From Octopus bimaculoides (taxonomy: Eukaryota), in the NCBI RefSeq assembly GCF_001194135.2, contig NC_068982.1, positions 113,932,283-113,996,282 on the forward strand: 64,000 nt of DNA. Reading direction: 5' to 3'. Every line of letters starts with the position of its first letter. Within the stretch, counting starts at the first letter, position 1. The position numbers and the translations under genes are program-made. A model generated the notes under the pieces. That model ran no database searches, was not told where the DNA came from, and worked only from the letters and a program-made list of their open reading frames with translations. This document shows, piece by piece, positions 25,052-38,779 of the stretch.

Positions 25052-27165
25052 TTAATAATAATAATAATAGATAAGTGAATAAGTAAAAAGAAGCTCAGAA
25101 AGTAATGTAGTACAACTGTAATACAAAATCTGTCCTGAATGAAACCAAGGTCCTTGTTTGATACAATATTTCCCCCCTGACAAACTAGTTAACAACATCT
25201 AGTGATGGTTGCTAGAACAAAGGTAAACATCTGCAAGCCATCTTCACTGTTAAGCTAAAAATCCCTTGATCTTTATTTAATTATCTTTCTTAGGGACACT
25301 CATCCTAGATGATTAAGACAGTCTAGTCAGTTTTTCACTATTTCAAGTTTGTGTTTAGTTATTTTAGATGTTATTGCTGGAAAAGAGGTTATTTAGTATG
25401 CTATAGAAAATATTTATATGTTTTCTTCACTAATTAACTCATTTATTCAGTAGGTTATGATGATACTCACATGGCTGAGTCATTTTTTTTTTTACCTGTT
25501 ATGTAAGCGCATATATTTTTTTCTTTTGTGTGTGTGTGTTCATGTTCATTACATTTGCTTCCCTTTGTTTCCTAGACACATCTCATGCAGTTTCCTTAAT
25601 CCACTATCTAGGTGGGCATAAAATCAAAAGTATGGGCAAAATCCCATCTTCTCAGACTAACGTGTTAAAACTAGATGTGTTTATGTATCTAGAATGTAAT
25701 CTAATATGCTCACAATGTGGACAGCAAATGTTGCATATTACCAGTCTTCCAGACATTCTTTTATATCTATTCTGAATTCTAAGACATTTTGTGAGCATTG
25801 AAAATTATCTAATTCAACAAATCATGCTATATAAGTTTGCTGATGTATGCATCTTAGCTTCAATTATGTATTAATGATGAAGTAAGAATACCTCTCTGCC
25901 TGCTGTTGTCAAAACTGAATTTAGTGCTCAATTTTCCTGAGATCAAGCATGCTAGCTGACTTACAGCATTAGGCTGTTTAGAGGTTGCTTCTCCAGATGG
26001 CAATTCTAGGCTACTTATATATAGCAATAGCAGGATAGAAAAACTAGGTAAAAGTAATTCCTTTCTTTTGCATTTAATTAAAGAAGTGGGGAATTTTTGT
26101 TTTGGGAGTGTTTTTAATGAAAAATCTAACTAAATAGTTTCATAATTTTTGCTGAGTATATATATCAGAATATTTTACTGAATGTATATCAGAACTGTTT
26201 GAATGATTTCATTATGTGCTAAAATATATGGGCATGTTAGTACAGATGTAGGCATCAGAGCTAACTCTATACTTGGTATATTTCTTACCCTGTATTATTT
26301 ACAACTATTCTTATGTTATCACTGATAGGTTTAGAGAGTGAGAAAGAGAGAGACAGAGAAACAGACAGAAAGAAAGAAAGAACGTTTCCATTCAGATGAA
26401 TCTTTCTGATGGCTGACAGATTAAATTTGTTTCTGCTCAAAACAGGTTATTTTACAATAGCCACCAAACTATCATTACCTAAGACAAAATATCTTTCTCA
26501 TCCTGATGACAGCTTAGATTCTTCTATTTTGGGTTTGTCATAAATATAATATATCTTCCATTATTTATTATGAACATAACTCTCATTTGTTATGTCTCTG
26601 TCTGTGAGTGTATATACGTGTGTGTGTGAGAGAGTGTGTGCATATGTATCTGTCCGATAGATAAGTGTCTAATATGCATATACAATGTTGTGAAGCAAGT
26701 TGAAGCTATTGAAATTTTTTGTATGAAAAAGATGGAATATGTAACGAAAATATTTTCATAGTACTATATTTGTTGACTACTATAGTATCTTCAATCATTC
26801 CCCTTTTACCACTGTATTACCAGTATTTATTTTATCAACACAGAAAGGTGAAAGAAAAACTTGAACACAATAGTATTTGAATCTGACCAAAGATTACTGC
26901 ATGCCTTTCGTTCAACACTCCACCTATTCTGCCATCTACCATGTATTACTATATGTACAAACAATAATAATGGTTTATGATTTAGGTAACAGGTCAGTAA
27001 TTTTGAGGATTAGTCAATACCCTCCACCTCTGTACTTCATTGTATTGATCCCAAAGTTGACATTGCCAGGACTTCAACTTAGAACTTAGAGTTGGAAGAA
27101 ATATCCCAAAGCATTTTATCCAGCATTAACAATTCTGTCAATCTACTAATCTTTTGATGATGATG

Positions 27166-27196
<31 letters not shown>

Positions 27197-27207
27197 TAAT
27201 AATAATA

Positions 27208-27425
27208 CATTCTAATATAGGCACAAGGCCTGAAATTTTTGGGGAGGGAACTAATCGATTACATTGACCCCTGTATTCAACTGGTACTTATTTCATTGAC
27301 CCTGAAAAGATGACAAGCACAGTTGACTTCGGCATAATTTGAACTCAGAATGTGAAAATAGATGAAATATCGCTAAGCATTTCACCAAGCTTACTAACAC
27401 TTTTGCCAGATTGCCACCTTCAATG

Positions 27426-27461
<36 letters not shown>

Positions 27462-27932
27462 NNNNNNNNNNTAATAATAATAATAATAATAATACTTCCT
27501 TTATTGGCCACCAGGGCCAAACCCAAAACATAAAGAATGATGCACAGATGAGAGACTGGGCTTAAATGTGTAAACGGCAAAAAAAAAAAAAAATGCCACT
27601 ATTAACAAGGAGATTAAACCAACAGTGTACTTCCCCAATAAGGGGGAGTTCCACCGAGAAGTGACCAAAGGAACCTCACACACTTTGGACCCAATAACAA
27701 CAAAGGTACTTCATTCCATCAGGCCTACAGGCGCACACTCAGAGTAAGGCCCATTCACACTGGCCATTCTTGCCACATTCACCCACTTTTCAACAAATTC
27801 ACTGGGTGACAGCACCTCCCTCTCCAGCCTCTTTCCTTTTCAGGTGGAATCTGAAAAAGTCAATGAGACCTTGGCCCTTTCAATCATGTCCACCACACAA
27901 CCTCTTTCATCATCATCATCATCATCATCATC

Positions 27933-27966
<34 letters not shown>

Positions 27967-28667
27967 TAATAGTAATTCTTTGTACTATAAGTGCAAAACC
28001 TGGAATTTGAAGGAAAGGAGTTAGTCAATTACATTGATTCCATTGCTCAACTGCTACTTATTTTATCGACCCGAAAAGGATGAAAAGCAAAGTCGACTTT
28101 GGCAGAATTTGAACTCAAAGCATAAAGGTGGACAAAATGCTGCTAACCGTTTTGTCTAGCATGTTAAGAATTCTGCAAGCTCACTGCCTTACTACTACTA
28201 CTACTATTACTGCTACTGCAGCTATTACCAATGATAGTCCCTCCTGCCAATTTTGACGTATGAGTGTTTGAAGGAGAGGATTTAAAGCTATTCCTAACAA
28301 TAATAATAATAATGGTTTCAAATTTAGCCACAGGGGCAGCAATTTTGGGGGAGGAAATGAGTCAATTACATTAACCCCAATGTTCAACTGGTACTTATTT
28401 TATCGACCCTGAAAGGATGAAAGGCAAAGTTGACTTCAGCAGAATTTGAACTCAGAATGCAACGACAGGCGAAATACCGCTAAGCATTTCATCCAGTGCC
28501 CTAACAATTTTGCCAGCTCATCCTTTCTACTGTAGGCATAAGGCCTAAAATTTTGGGGGAAGGTAAAGTTGACTTCAGTGGAATTTGAACTCAGAACATA
28601 GCGACAGACAAAATACTGCTAAGCATTTCGCCCAGTATGCTAACGATTCTGCCAGCTCGCTGCCTTA
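27208..28667 (-). mobile_element. Cluster of about four minus-strand family-B SINEs with an intervening Tx1 end
   Basis: Copies at about 27208, 27990, 28312 and 28525, bounded by (AAT)n. Confidence 0.8.
27495..27905 (-). mobile_element. L1/Tx1-like LINE 3' end
   Basis: GQGLIDFFRFHLKRK and RLEREVLSPSEFVEKWVNVARMASVNG, then a 3' UTR ending AATAAAGGAAG-(TAT)n. Confidence 0.7.
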
Positions 28668-29317
28668 ATGGTAGTAGTAACAATAATAATAATAATCATT
28701 ATTATTACTTTTATTATTTAATTTTATTAATTTACTGTCAGTTTTTTTGGGTTTTTTTCTGCACCAGGTACATCACATACCCCTTTATGTTCTAGTAAAT
28801 ACATTATTATCTTTTAGTGTAGAAGAAAGCTCTTTATGTTACTCTTAATTTGCTCAGTTGTAAGGTTGGGGGGGGGAGTCTTTTATGGTTTATTTGTTAA
28901 AATTGTTATAGTATTTAGTTCAGATTATAACTTCAATTTCCTTAAATTCTGCAGGGTTATCTCTCTGACTCCTCTTGCCCAGAATTGAGATAACGATTAT
29001 GAATTCTCTCTGGAGAATTGATTATAATTTATTGACTCAAAATATTAAGCAAGTTAGGATCCAGTTTACTATTTTTTTTTATTGTATGTTATGTGCAAGG
29101 TATATTATTAGTAGGTGATTGTGAGAAGACTGCGCTAAGTAAATTGTTTTGTTGTAGTAAGAGTTGGTTGTAGTGAAAGTGTTCCATGTCAGTTTATATT
29201 AATGAATAAAAAGTGTATTGCAAAGGGTTATATTTTGCATTATGTGTAAAGTTATTGTTTACCACCAAGTCAACCTTGATCAAGCTTACCTATGACCAAA
29301 GGTATTTTAGCCATCAC

Positions 29318-31727
29318 CATCACATCATCATCATCATCATCATCATTTAATGTCCACTTTCCATGCTGGCATGGCTTGGATGGTTTGACCAAGAGCTGGC
29401 ATGACAGAAGGCTGCACCAGGCTCCAATCCGATCTGGCAAAGTTTCTACAGCTGGATGCCCTTCCGAATGCCAACCACTCTGAGAATGTAGTGAGTACTT
29501 TTTACGTGCCACTGGCTTGAGGACCAGTCAGGCAGTACTGGCATTGACCACGCTTGAATGGTGCTTTTTATGTGCCACCAACATGGGAGCCAGTCAGGCT
29601 GCACTGGCAGCAACCAATTGGTGCTTTTTACATGCCACCGGCACAGGTGCCAATCAGGCACTACTGTCATCAGCCACGACAACAACTTCACTTGCCTCAA
29701 CAGGTCTTCGCAAACACAGTTTATTGCCCAATGATTGAAGGGTACTCTTAAATGGGCTTGTTATGCTACACTGGCATAGGCCACGTTTACGGTCACACTT
29801 GATTTGCCGAATCTTCTCAAGCACAGCATATCTCCAAAGGTCTCGGTCACTTGTCATCGCCTCAGTGAGGCCCAACGTTTGAAGGTCATGCTTCACCAGC
29901 TCATCCCAGGTCTTCCTGGGTCTACCTCTTCCACAGGTTCTCTCTACTGCTAGGGTGTGACGCTTTTTCACATAGCTATCCTCATCCATATGCAACTTGT
30001 GACTATATCAGTGAAGTCGTCTCTCTTGCACACCACATCTGTTGCTTCTTTGGTCCAACTTTTCTCTCACGGAACTTACACTCTGTCGTGTATGCACACT
30101 GACATTACACATCCAGCAGAGCATACTAGCTTCATTCCTTGCAAGCTTACGCATGTCCTCAACAGTTACCTTTTATTCTGAGCAAGAGGTCCTTTGTCAC
30201 CAGCAAAGGTAGGAACTCTCTGAACTTTGCTTAGGCTATTCTTATTCTAGCAGCTACACTCAGAGCATCTACCCCCACTACTGACTTGGTCACCTAGGTA
30301 ATGAAAGCTATCAACTACTTGTAGTTTTTCCCCCAGGAATGTGACAGAAGCTGTTTTCTGCATGTTTTTGGTGTTTATTGTCCCTGAGCATTTGCCACAC
30401 ACAAAAACTATCTTCCCAGTTAGCCTTCCTTTGATATTGCTGCACTTCTTATGTGTCCATAGCTTACACTGGGTACATCTTATGAAGATTCCACCTATGC
30501 CTTCTCTACAGATTGAGCAGGGCCATCTGCCTGAAGGGGTTTGTGGTTGTCTGCCTCCTTACTTATTAAGACATTGGTTTTTGCTAGATTGACTCTAAGG
30601 CCCTTTGATTCCAGACCTTACTTCCACACCTGAAACTTCTCCTCTAGTTCTGATAGTGACTCAGCAATTAGTGCAAGGTCATCAGCATAGAGAAGCTCCC
30701 AGGGGCGTCCTGTCTTGGATTCCTCTGTTATTGCCTGGAGGACTATGATGAATAAGAGGGGGCTGAGGACTGATCCTTGGTGGACCCCTACTTGGAGTTC
30801 TTCACTGTACTCATTGCCAACCCTCACCTTACTGACATCATCCCTGTACATGGCTTATACAGCTCTCACTAATCACTCATTTATCCCTAGTTTCCACATT
30901 GATCACCAGATAAGTGATCGAAGGACCCTGTCAAAGGCTTTCTCCATGTCAACGAAAGCCAGGTACAGAGGTTTATCTTTGGCTATGTATTTCTCCTGCA
31001 GCTGTCTTACCAGAAATATAGCATCAGTGGTGCTCTTCCCTGGCACAAACCCAAACTGCATCTCATCTACACTGACTCTCTCCCTAATTAGCTGGGCTAT
31101 GACCCTCTCCGTGACTTTCATTACCTGATCCAACAACTTGATACCTCTGTAATTATTTGTATCTAATGCATCACCTTTACCTTTGTAGTAATTGACTATG
31201 GTGCAGCTACACCAGTCATTGGGTATGATTCCTTCATGTATCACCTGATTGACTATATGGGTGACTAAACTATAGCCAACACCGCAAGATATTTTAAGCA
31301 TTGCTGCAGTGATTCCTGATGCGCCAGGAGCCTTCCCTGTCTTCATACTCTTAATTGCTTTATCTACCAAGGTACTGTAAATTCGGATAGCTGGTCCCTC
31401 TGTTGGGTCAACATTCTGCAAACTATCTTTCTCCCATTCATTCTTTTCATTTAGCAACCTTTCATAATGGTGTCTCCAAGTCTCTCTCTTTGTAGCTTCA
31501 CTAAATGCAAGTGAACCATTATCCATGCAGACACATTTCTCTCCTGAACATCATGATTCTCTTTCACACAGTGTCTCGCAACACAAAACACTCCAAGTCT
31601 TTGGTCCTCACAATGCAGAACGTTGGCAAATTTTTTTCTTATCTGCTTCCCCTCTGGCTAAATAAACCCGTCACCTAGCTTCCCTTCTGGCAATCTGATA
31701 CAGTTCCCTGCTTCCACCATTCTTCAC
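29318..31727 (-). mobile_element. ~2.4-kb 5'-truncated RTE LINE with RT domain (pseudogenised)
   Basis: NYRGIKLLDQVMKV..QFGFVPGKSTTDAIFLVRQLQEK..AFVDMEKAFD (30903-31526); VGVHQGSVLSPLLF..LLYADDLAL (30618-30851); Cys-rich insert; GRGRPRKTW; (GAT)n tail. Confidence 0.95.
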
Positions 31728-33184
31728 ATCTTTTAAAATTTTATCCACAGATGTAATAAGTTAGAATTTGAAAGAAATTTGGGTACTATTTTTATCAGCC
31801 GATGAGGGCTCCCTATTTGGTTCAGTGTGTNNNNNNNNNNNNNNNNNNNNNNNNNNNNNNNNNNNNNNNNNNNNNNNNNNNNNNNNNNNNNNNNNNNNNN
31901 NNNNNNNNNNNNNNNNNNNNNNNNNNNNNNNNNNNNTTGTACAAGCTATGTTTATATGCTAAATCATGCCTCTTTTGAGATCCCTGATAACTTTTTCAAT
32001 TTCTTTCTGGGTGTTCTTGACTTTAGCTGCCATGCTAAAGTCACATATCATATTTGGTACCTGCATAAATCCACTTATTTTCAGTTTTCAAGTATTTCCA
32101 TATTGCCCAATGTCTAGAGCAAACTACCCTGAAATACATGTGGCAAGGACTGGCTGCTGAAAATAAGCTGATCTTATGTTAGTCAACAATTAATATTAGT
32201 ATTCCATTTTATTAAAATGGAGTAGTTTTGGTGAAGCATTGTGCAATTTGGACATTTTAAGGACTAGACATCTTGCACAGCTAAAATCAAATATTCTGTT
32301 TCTACTACTTGTCCAGTTTTTTTTTAATGATTAATGACTTTTTCTATCAGTTCTCCCTCTCTCTCTCTCTCTCCCTCTCTCTCGTTTTGCTGCTGGTAAC
32401 TAACAATGGAGAGGGTTTTCTCTTTATTTTTTACCATATGTTTTTAGTTCCTCCTTGACTTTATTATTTGCTTTCTTATTTTTATATTTTCTATTATTTT
32501 CTTCTCTATTCTTATTAATTTGAAAATTATAATGGCAGATAATGGCAGAAACAGTAGAATCTTGAACAAAATACACTGTAGTATTTAATCCTGTTCCTTT
32601 ATATTGTGACATCAAATCTTGTAGAGTAGATGAAGTGCAGGTCAAGCTTTGTGCTTGTGTTAGAAAACATTATTATGTTTCCAACAGTTTCATGCAAGTT
32701 TCACCATGCAAGCTTCATCTGCTACACCAGTTGCAATTCTGAGTGTGTGCTATATTTGATTTTTAAAGAATATAGAATAATGTTTGTATGTTACTGCAGA
32801 TTGTTTTATTGTTCCTGGTGCTATTTTAGTGTTTTGTCTATTATAGGCTGTGTGATATGAGTTGTGGTATTTTGTTTGGTGGTGTTTGTGTTTTGTATAT
32901 GCTATGTAATCTATTATTTTTCTAAGTGCTTATAACATAGAGGGTGAACATTCTTTAGTGTATATGTAGTGTGAGGTGTGTTATCTTATCGGATGGTTGT
33001 TGCATAGGGTGTTTTCTGTGCAAACTGTACTATTTGAGTTATGCTATTGAATTGCACTTCAGTGGCTATTGGTACTGTGCTGTTTTAACTTACAAGACAT
33101 TATGTCGTGTACTTTTACTCTTTCTCCACCTTTTGCAAGCAGTGTTATGATCAGAAGGGCAGAAAGCTAGCAGAATTGTTAGAT

Positions 33185-33640
33185 TAAGATAACTATGAAA
33201 GTTCAGATGTTTTCATTCCAGTCCTATATTATTATATCTTGATGATTCCTTTTGATCTCCTTGTTAGTCTTGGTAGACATATCCCAGATAATTGCAACCA
33301 TGTTGTTGTCATCATGTTCTGTGTTAGAAAATGTTTATACCACATTCAGTTTTACAGTGAAGTGTCAGCATATTGCCCGTTAAACATAGCTGTCAATGTG
33401 ACCATGTCTGTGAATATGATTGGACTTGGCAGCTGGAAATAATGTATTCAACCATCTCCTTGTATTGGTTGCATACTCTGCACTTGATGTTAGCATTGTT
33501 TTTTCTATCCTTATTATAGTTATTAGTGATTGTGCTTTGATCGTTACTGCTAAAATCAGACCTATTTCTGCTTTTAAATCAAAGTCTTTGAGCCTTTATT
33601 GGGTTTCAATCTAGCTTATCTCTCTCTGTCCAGTCTTATA
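33185..33640 (-). mobile_element. R4/Dong-clade LINE fragment (CCHC knuckle and start of restriction-like endonuclease)
   Basis: Frameshifted KCRVCNQYKEMVEYIISSC, IHRHGHIDSYV and AIIWDMSTKTNKEIKRNHQDIII match the R4-clade CxxC..H..C knuckle and the LWD..TD..I.ANRPDIV pattern. Confidence 0.75.
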
Positions 33641-34740
33641 GGTGTTGGCCATGGAGTGGGTTTTTTTACTCCACTTTTGTCCTGTTATTTTGGAATCTGG
33701 ATTTCATTTTGGCTTTTCTGTTTTGCTTTAATCTTAATTTCTTTCGTTAGTGTAATTTGCTTCTAGTTTGTAATTTACTATTTCCTTAGAGATAAGAGTA
33801 TGCTTTTGTTTTGTTTTTTCTTTTTGTTTTCTTATCAGGTTCTTTTTGTTTTGTTCTAAGATGTTTTCTAATCACACTTGATATTTTTTATTAGTTTTCT
33901 TTTTGTAACAGCTCCCATCTCGTTTGTGTATAGAATAAGTATATTTTATCTCTGTCAGCTTTGTAGGCTCTTCATTTCACTTAAATTCCATATCATTTAG
34001 AAGGTTTATTTATAACTGGGAAGGCTAGTGTATTTACTTCATTGTTACTAGTATCATTATTGTTATTTTTGTTTCTGTTATTTAATAGAAAACCTATCAA
34101 AAGTTTATTTTATTGCATCACAAAGAACTTGTTGCATTTCAAAAATAAACATAAATTAAGAAGATTTTTAAAAAGTTCTGAGAGAATGCTTTATCAGCCA
34201 CTTACAGATGCTAGCTGGTGTTGCTATTCTGTGGAGCATGCTAATATTTATTCTTATAGTTAACTCATCACTGTTTTTACAAAATGATTATATATTATTT
34301 CAGTTAAACCAATTACAGATGAAATTGCAAACACACTTCTTAATTACCACATTAAAAAATTCAATATCTAAGAAAATGTTACTTTGTTGGTTTTTGGATG
34401 ACTTTTCTGCTCAACACCTCTGTCATCTGTAATTGTTAAATCTTAAAACATTATTGGTTTTTTTTTTTTTTGTCATTTAACGTTCATTTTCCATGCTGGC
34501 ATGGGTTAGAGTATAATATCTGATTATTGTATCATACCAAGTAATCTGCCTAAAATTTCATAAGACCTTTGTATTGTCATTTTCCAAAACAACTGAACAT
34601 TCATATGAATATCACAAAAATTGTTTTTAAGAAGCTTAAGTCACTGGGTTTTTGTCTCTATATATTTTGTGTGAGTCAATAATAGATAGTCTGATACTAT
34701 GTGAGATATCATTTTATAAAATAGATAACATATGTAACAA

Positions 34741-34905
34741 CACTCTCGGAGTAGTTGGCGTTAGGAAGGGCATCCAGCTGTAGAAACTCTGCCAAATCAG
34801 ATTGGAGCCTGGCGCAGCCATCTGGTTCGCCAGTCTTCAGTCAAATCGTCCAACCCATGCTAGCATGGAAAGCGGACGTGAAACGATGATGATCATCATC
34901 TTGAT
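34741..34905 (+). mobile_element. Young RTE 3'-tail copy (one of many tail-only copies)
   Basis: GGCGTTAGGAAGGGCATCCAGCTGTAGAAAC..CCATGCTAGCATGGAAAGCGGACG-(ATG)n. Similar copies at about 5090, 22750, 24190, 45800, 54830, 56520 and 57850. Confidence 0.9.
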
Positions 34906-34931
34906 CATGATCATCATCATGATCATGTAAC

Positions 34932-35060
34932 ATTTACATTATTTACATTTGCCAGATATTTGTCTTCATCTTGTTTGTTGTTAACCCGCTTCGGGTACAA
35001 ATATCTGTCAAATGTAAATAATATAAATAATTCCTCACCTCTTAAATATAGAATTGTAAT
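34932..35060. repeat. Head-to-head inverted duplication of the HHR-SINE/PLE tail
   Basis: 32-bp arms at 34932-34963 and 34997-35028 (30/32 matched); inner hairpin ACCCG-CTT-CGGGT at 34984-34996. Confidence 0.85.
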
Positions 35061-35750
35061 ATGTAACATTTGTCATCTGTATTTTGGAAATTATTGATAT
35101 TCTTGTCAATGTGTCTTGCATTGGTGACTTATAACTGTACGGTAAATGATGCGTCAACTACCCCATCTTGGTTGGATTTCTTCATTCACATTCAGGTTTT
35201 AATCACTGACTGGAGCATGCAGTGTTGCATTAGGTTGACATTGTAGCTGTTCAACAAAATGTTATCCAGGTTCTAAGGAGCATTTTCTGCTATGATGAAC
35301 AAGTTACTACATTTCTTTCCATTGTAGTTAACATAGGTATGTATAATCTGCTTGTTCAGAGCTGTTGAAGGGCTTCAAAACAATACCAAAGGTATGCAGT
35401 AGGCTTCCATGGGAGCAAGAAATATAGTAACAGTGATAACTGCCTTAAGTTATTTTCTGATACTCAAAACTTTCCTACTATCTTCACATTTTGGTATGTA
35501 TTAGTTGCCTAATGTCTGGTTTATCGCAATGTGTGTCTGTGTGTGTGATGTTTTTGTCGTGTTACGCTTAGTTTTAGAATGGTGGCAGCTGATGAAGGAA
35601 ATGTTCTCTATGTGGCCTGTGTGTTTTCTGTACTCCGTTTATCATTTTGTCCACGTTTTTTTTGCTACGTCCTGTACCCAGATATGCATCTATATATACA
35701 TGTAGATGTAGGTATGTACGTATATATGCATATACTCATATATTATTTGC

Positions 35751-35797
<47 letters not shown>

Positions 35798-35939
35798 CTT
35801 GATGTTCACATACAATTCTATAAAACTATATTCTGTTGCTGGGATTGAAAATGTGTTGCTCATATTGATGCCTTTTTTTTTTTGTGATTTACCATTATTG
35901 TCAATGTCAGCCTCATTATTAACATCACCATCATCATCA

Positions 35940-36014
<75 letters not shown>

Positions 36015-36015
<1 letters not shown>

Positions 36016-36825
36016 TAAGGCACCAACAGAATCATTAGTATGCCAGGCAAAATGCTTAGCAGCATTTCATCCATCTTTACATTCTAAGTTCAAATTCCAC
36101 CGAAGTCAACTTTGCCTTTCGTCCTTTCAGGGTCAATAAAATGAGTACCAGTCATGTACTGGGGTCAATGTAATCAACTAGTCCCCTCCCCCAAAATTTC
36201 AGGCCTTGTGCTTATAGCAGAAAGGATTATTGATATTATTACTATTATTATTATTACTTATATTGGAGTTGTGAATTAGCAGAAATTTTAGATCATTGAA
36301 CATAATGCTTTGTGCTATTTGTTTCAATTCTTTACCTTTTGAGTTTGAATCCTGCCAGTGTCAAATAATTTGCATTTCAGTTTTCTGGGATTGATAAAAT
36401 AAAGTACTAGTCAAGTACTAGGGTTGATTTCATTGACTCACTCCCCTCTCCCAATATTGCACCTATTGAAAAGGTTTAAGGAATGACAAAGAGTACAGCA
36501 TTAAATTAAATGCTAAATAGCATTTAGCTCCAGCCCATTGGTCTAAATTATGTGATTTGACTTTGACTTTCATCCCTTGTTTGAGTGGATGATTAAATAG
36601 TACCAGACATATACTTAGATTGATTTATTGAACTATGAACCTTCCCTTGAAATTACAACTTCATTATTAATATCGAGTATCAGTTCAAATGCTACCAGGG
36701 TCATCTTTGCTTTCATCTTTCAGGGTCAATAAAATAAGTACCAGTTGAGCACTGGGGGTTGATGTTATCAATCTAGCCCTTCCTCCAAAATTGCTGGCCT
36801 TGTGTCAAAATTTGAAACCATTATG
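36015..36825 (+). mobile_element. Family-B SINE cluster
   Basis: Copies at about 36015, 36270 and 36670 following a long (ATT)n. Confidence 0.75.
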
Positions 36826-37086
36826 AATATCGAGTACAAAAGGTGAAGTTAAGCACAGTATGAATTTGAATTCAGGACAGTTAGATGTCAGACATGATAG
36901 ATACCATCTTTTTATATTCCTTAGTTCTGATGTTCTTTGTTTCCAATCTCCATAGGAACTATAAAATAATTATCCTTATTACTGAAGTGTTAATTAGATT
37001 TGGTTATTTACTCAACCCTATAAAAATTAACATAGTGTCATATTTGACACAGTGTTAATAATAATAAATTAATTAATAACAATTAA

Positions 37087-37356
37087 TTGGCAGATGAAAT
37101 ATATAACTTTCTGGAAAAGGAGAATTTATTGTCAAGGGAGCAAAAAGGATGCAGAAAGAAGTCAAGGGGAACTGGTGATCTGCTGTTTATTAATGATAGT
37201 AGGATATTAAATGAGGTAGAAATCAGAAAGAAAAAATTAGCTGTTGGCTTGATAGATTACATGAAGGCTCAAGTCAATGTTCAACACTTCTGGCTCTTGG
37301 AGTGCCTGAAGATGCTCAAAGTCAATGAGAGGATAAAGAGCTTTTTGGTATACTGA
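37087..37356 (+). mobile_element. R4/Dong-clade reverse transcriptase fragment
   Basis: EIYNFLEKENLLSREQKGCRKKSRGTGDLLFI..KKLAVGLIDYMKAQVNVQHFWLLECL matches the EQKGCR..GTKDQLLID..WIDYKKAYDSVPH pattern. Confidence 0.85.
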
Positions 37357-37894
37357 GACAACAATTATTCCTTTGGTAATTTGGACTCTTGACACACAAC
37401 ACTCAAAATGCTACCTAAAAGACTAAAAGATAGTGAAATTGTGTCTTGCATTGTCCACCTGCAGAGAAGTATCATCCTATATTCAGCAAGAAGCTTAAGA
37501 AAGATTCTTGAGACTTAAGGAGATTTGTTGTCTCCAAACCTCAAGATAACATTCCTGCTAACTAAATTAGCTTGTACTAGGTCGATAATAATAATGCTCA
37601 TGATGATGATAATATTAATAGCAGAAATAATTTCTCATTTAATATTATCTATGGTAACATTTTCATTTACTGTTCTAATACTCAACTGTCAGTTAGTTTT
37701 CATTAATGAAACATCACATTTCTGACAAGTTAGTTTTTTTTTTTTTCTTCTTTTGCTTTCAAACAGGTCTAAGAAAATAGATATCAGTAATTTACTGGTT
37801 TTAATCATTAAACCCTTGTTATATCTTTATGCTTTATTATCCTCAAATTAAATGACTACTTCATTCTCTTTCCATCTTTTGTCTGCTCTGCATA

Positions 37895-38779
37895 TAGGGT
37901 ATTCAGGCTAAATTTGGCAGTTTGTATAAAAGGAAAAGAAAACAATATTCTATCCAAAAATAAAAGTATTTTTTAAAAATCAAACAATATCAACTAGATT
38001 ATATTTGGGGGATAACAGTTTACTCAAAGTAGTTACCCTCAGCTTCCACTATAGCCTCAAGACAGCTCTGGAACCTGGCACATACATTCCGCATTGTCTT
38101 CCTGGCAAGACCTACCAATACCTCCTAGATCTTGGCCACCAGCTCAGCCTTGGTGTTGCTGAATGTATGGTTGGTGCCTTTCTTGACTACACTCCACATA
38201 TAGTGATCCATGGAATTACAATTAAAGGAAGAAGGGGACCAGAAATTGTGGCTGGTGAAGTCATAGAAATCATCCAACAACCCCTTCCGACTCTTTCTAG
38301 AGATATGGCAAGGAGCTGAATCCTACTGCCAAAATGGTGGCCTTCCAATAGTGATCCTCTCCTGCCAGGGATTGAGTATAGTCTCCAGCAGCTTCATATA
38401 GTGGTCTGAATTGTGCCTGAGGTTGAATTCTAGCATGCAGACACAGTCAGAATACCTGTTGTGTCCCTTTCTGTTGGCCATGGCTTCACAATCCCCATTC
38501 AGAGTCTTCATGTCATGTCTTACAGCCTTTACAGTATTCAAAGAGCATTGAGAAGCAATCATTATGTCAGCATTTTGATATCCAGTGTGAATCATCATGA
38601 TACAAGCAACCCTTTTCTTATATCCAGATGGCTTCCAGTCCTCCATGTCACCTAACTTTTTCTCAACTTCAACTTTAATCTTTATGCTTTCCAACACCAC
38701 TGACTGTTCACCAACACATCTAGCTGTTCCTGAAAAAAAGGAAACATAAAATATCGTCAAATTTATCCAGAATCTCCTG
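37895..38779 (-). mobile_element. Internally deleted DD37D/maT-type Tc1-mariner element with both TIRs
   Basis: TIRs TAGGGTATTCAGGCTAAATTTGGCAG (37895-37920) and imperfect inverse CGTCAAATTTATCCAGAATCTCCTG (38755-38779). The minus-strand N-terminus MEDWKPS.. is fused to the C-terminus WQ*DSAPCH..NCNSMDHYMWSVV..EAIVEAEGNYFE. Confidence 0.85.

Noticed and set aside
25503-25575. 73-nt GT-AG intron-like segment on plus, and possible terminal exon at about 26446-26543
   Set aside because: Phases are inconsistent with neighbouring candidates, and equally good minus-strand signals overlap; cannot be resolved without RNA data.
35589-35640. CTGATGA-AGG..CCT in a repeat-like segment
   Set aside because: No GAAA after the stem; at most a partial remnant.
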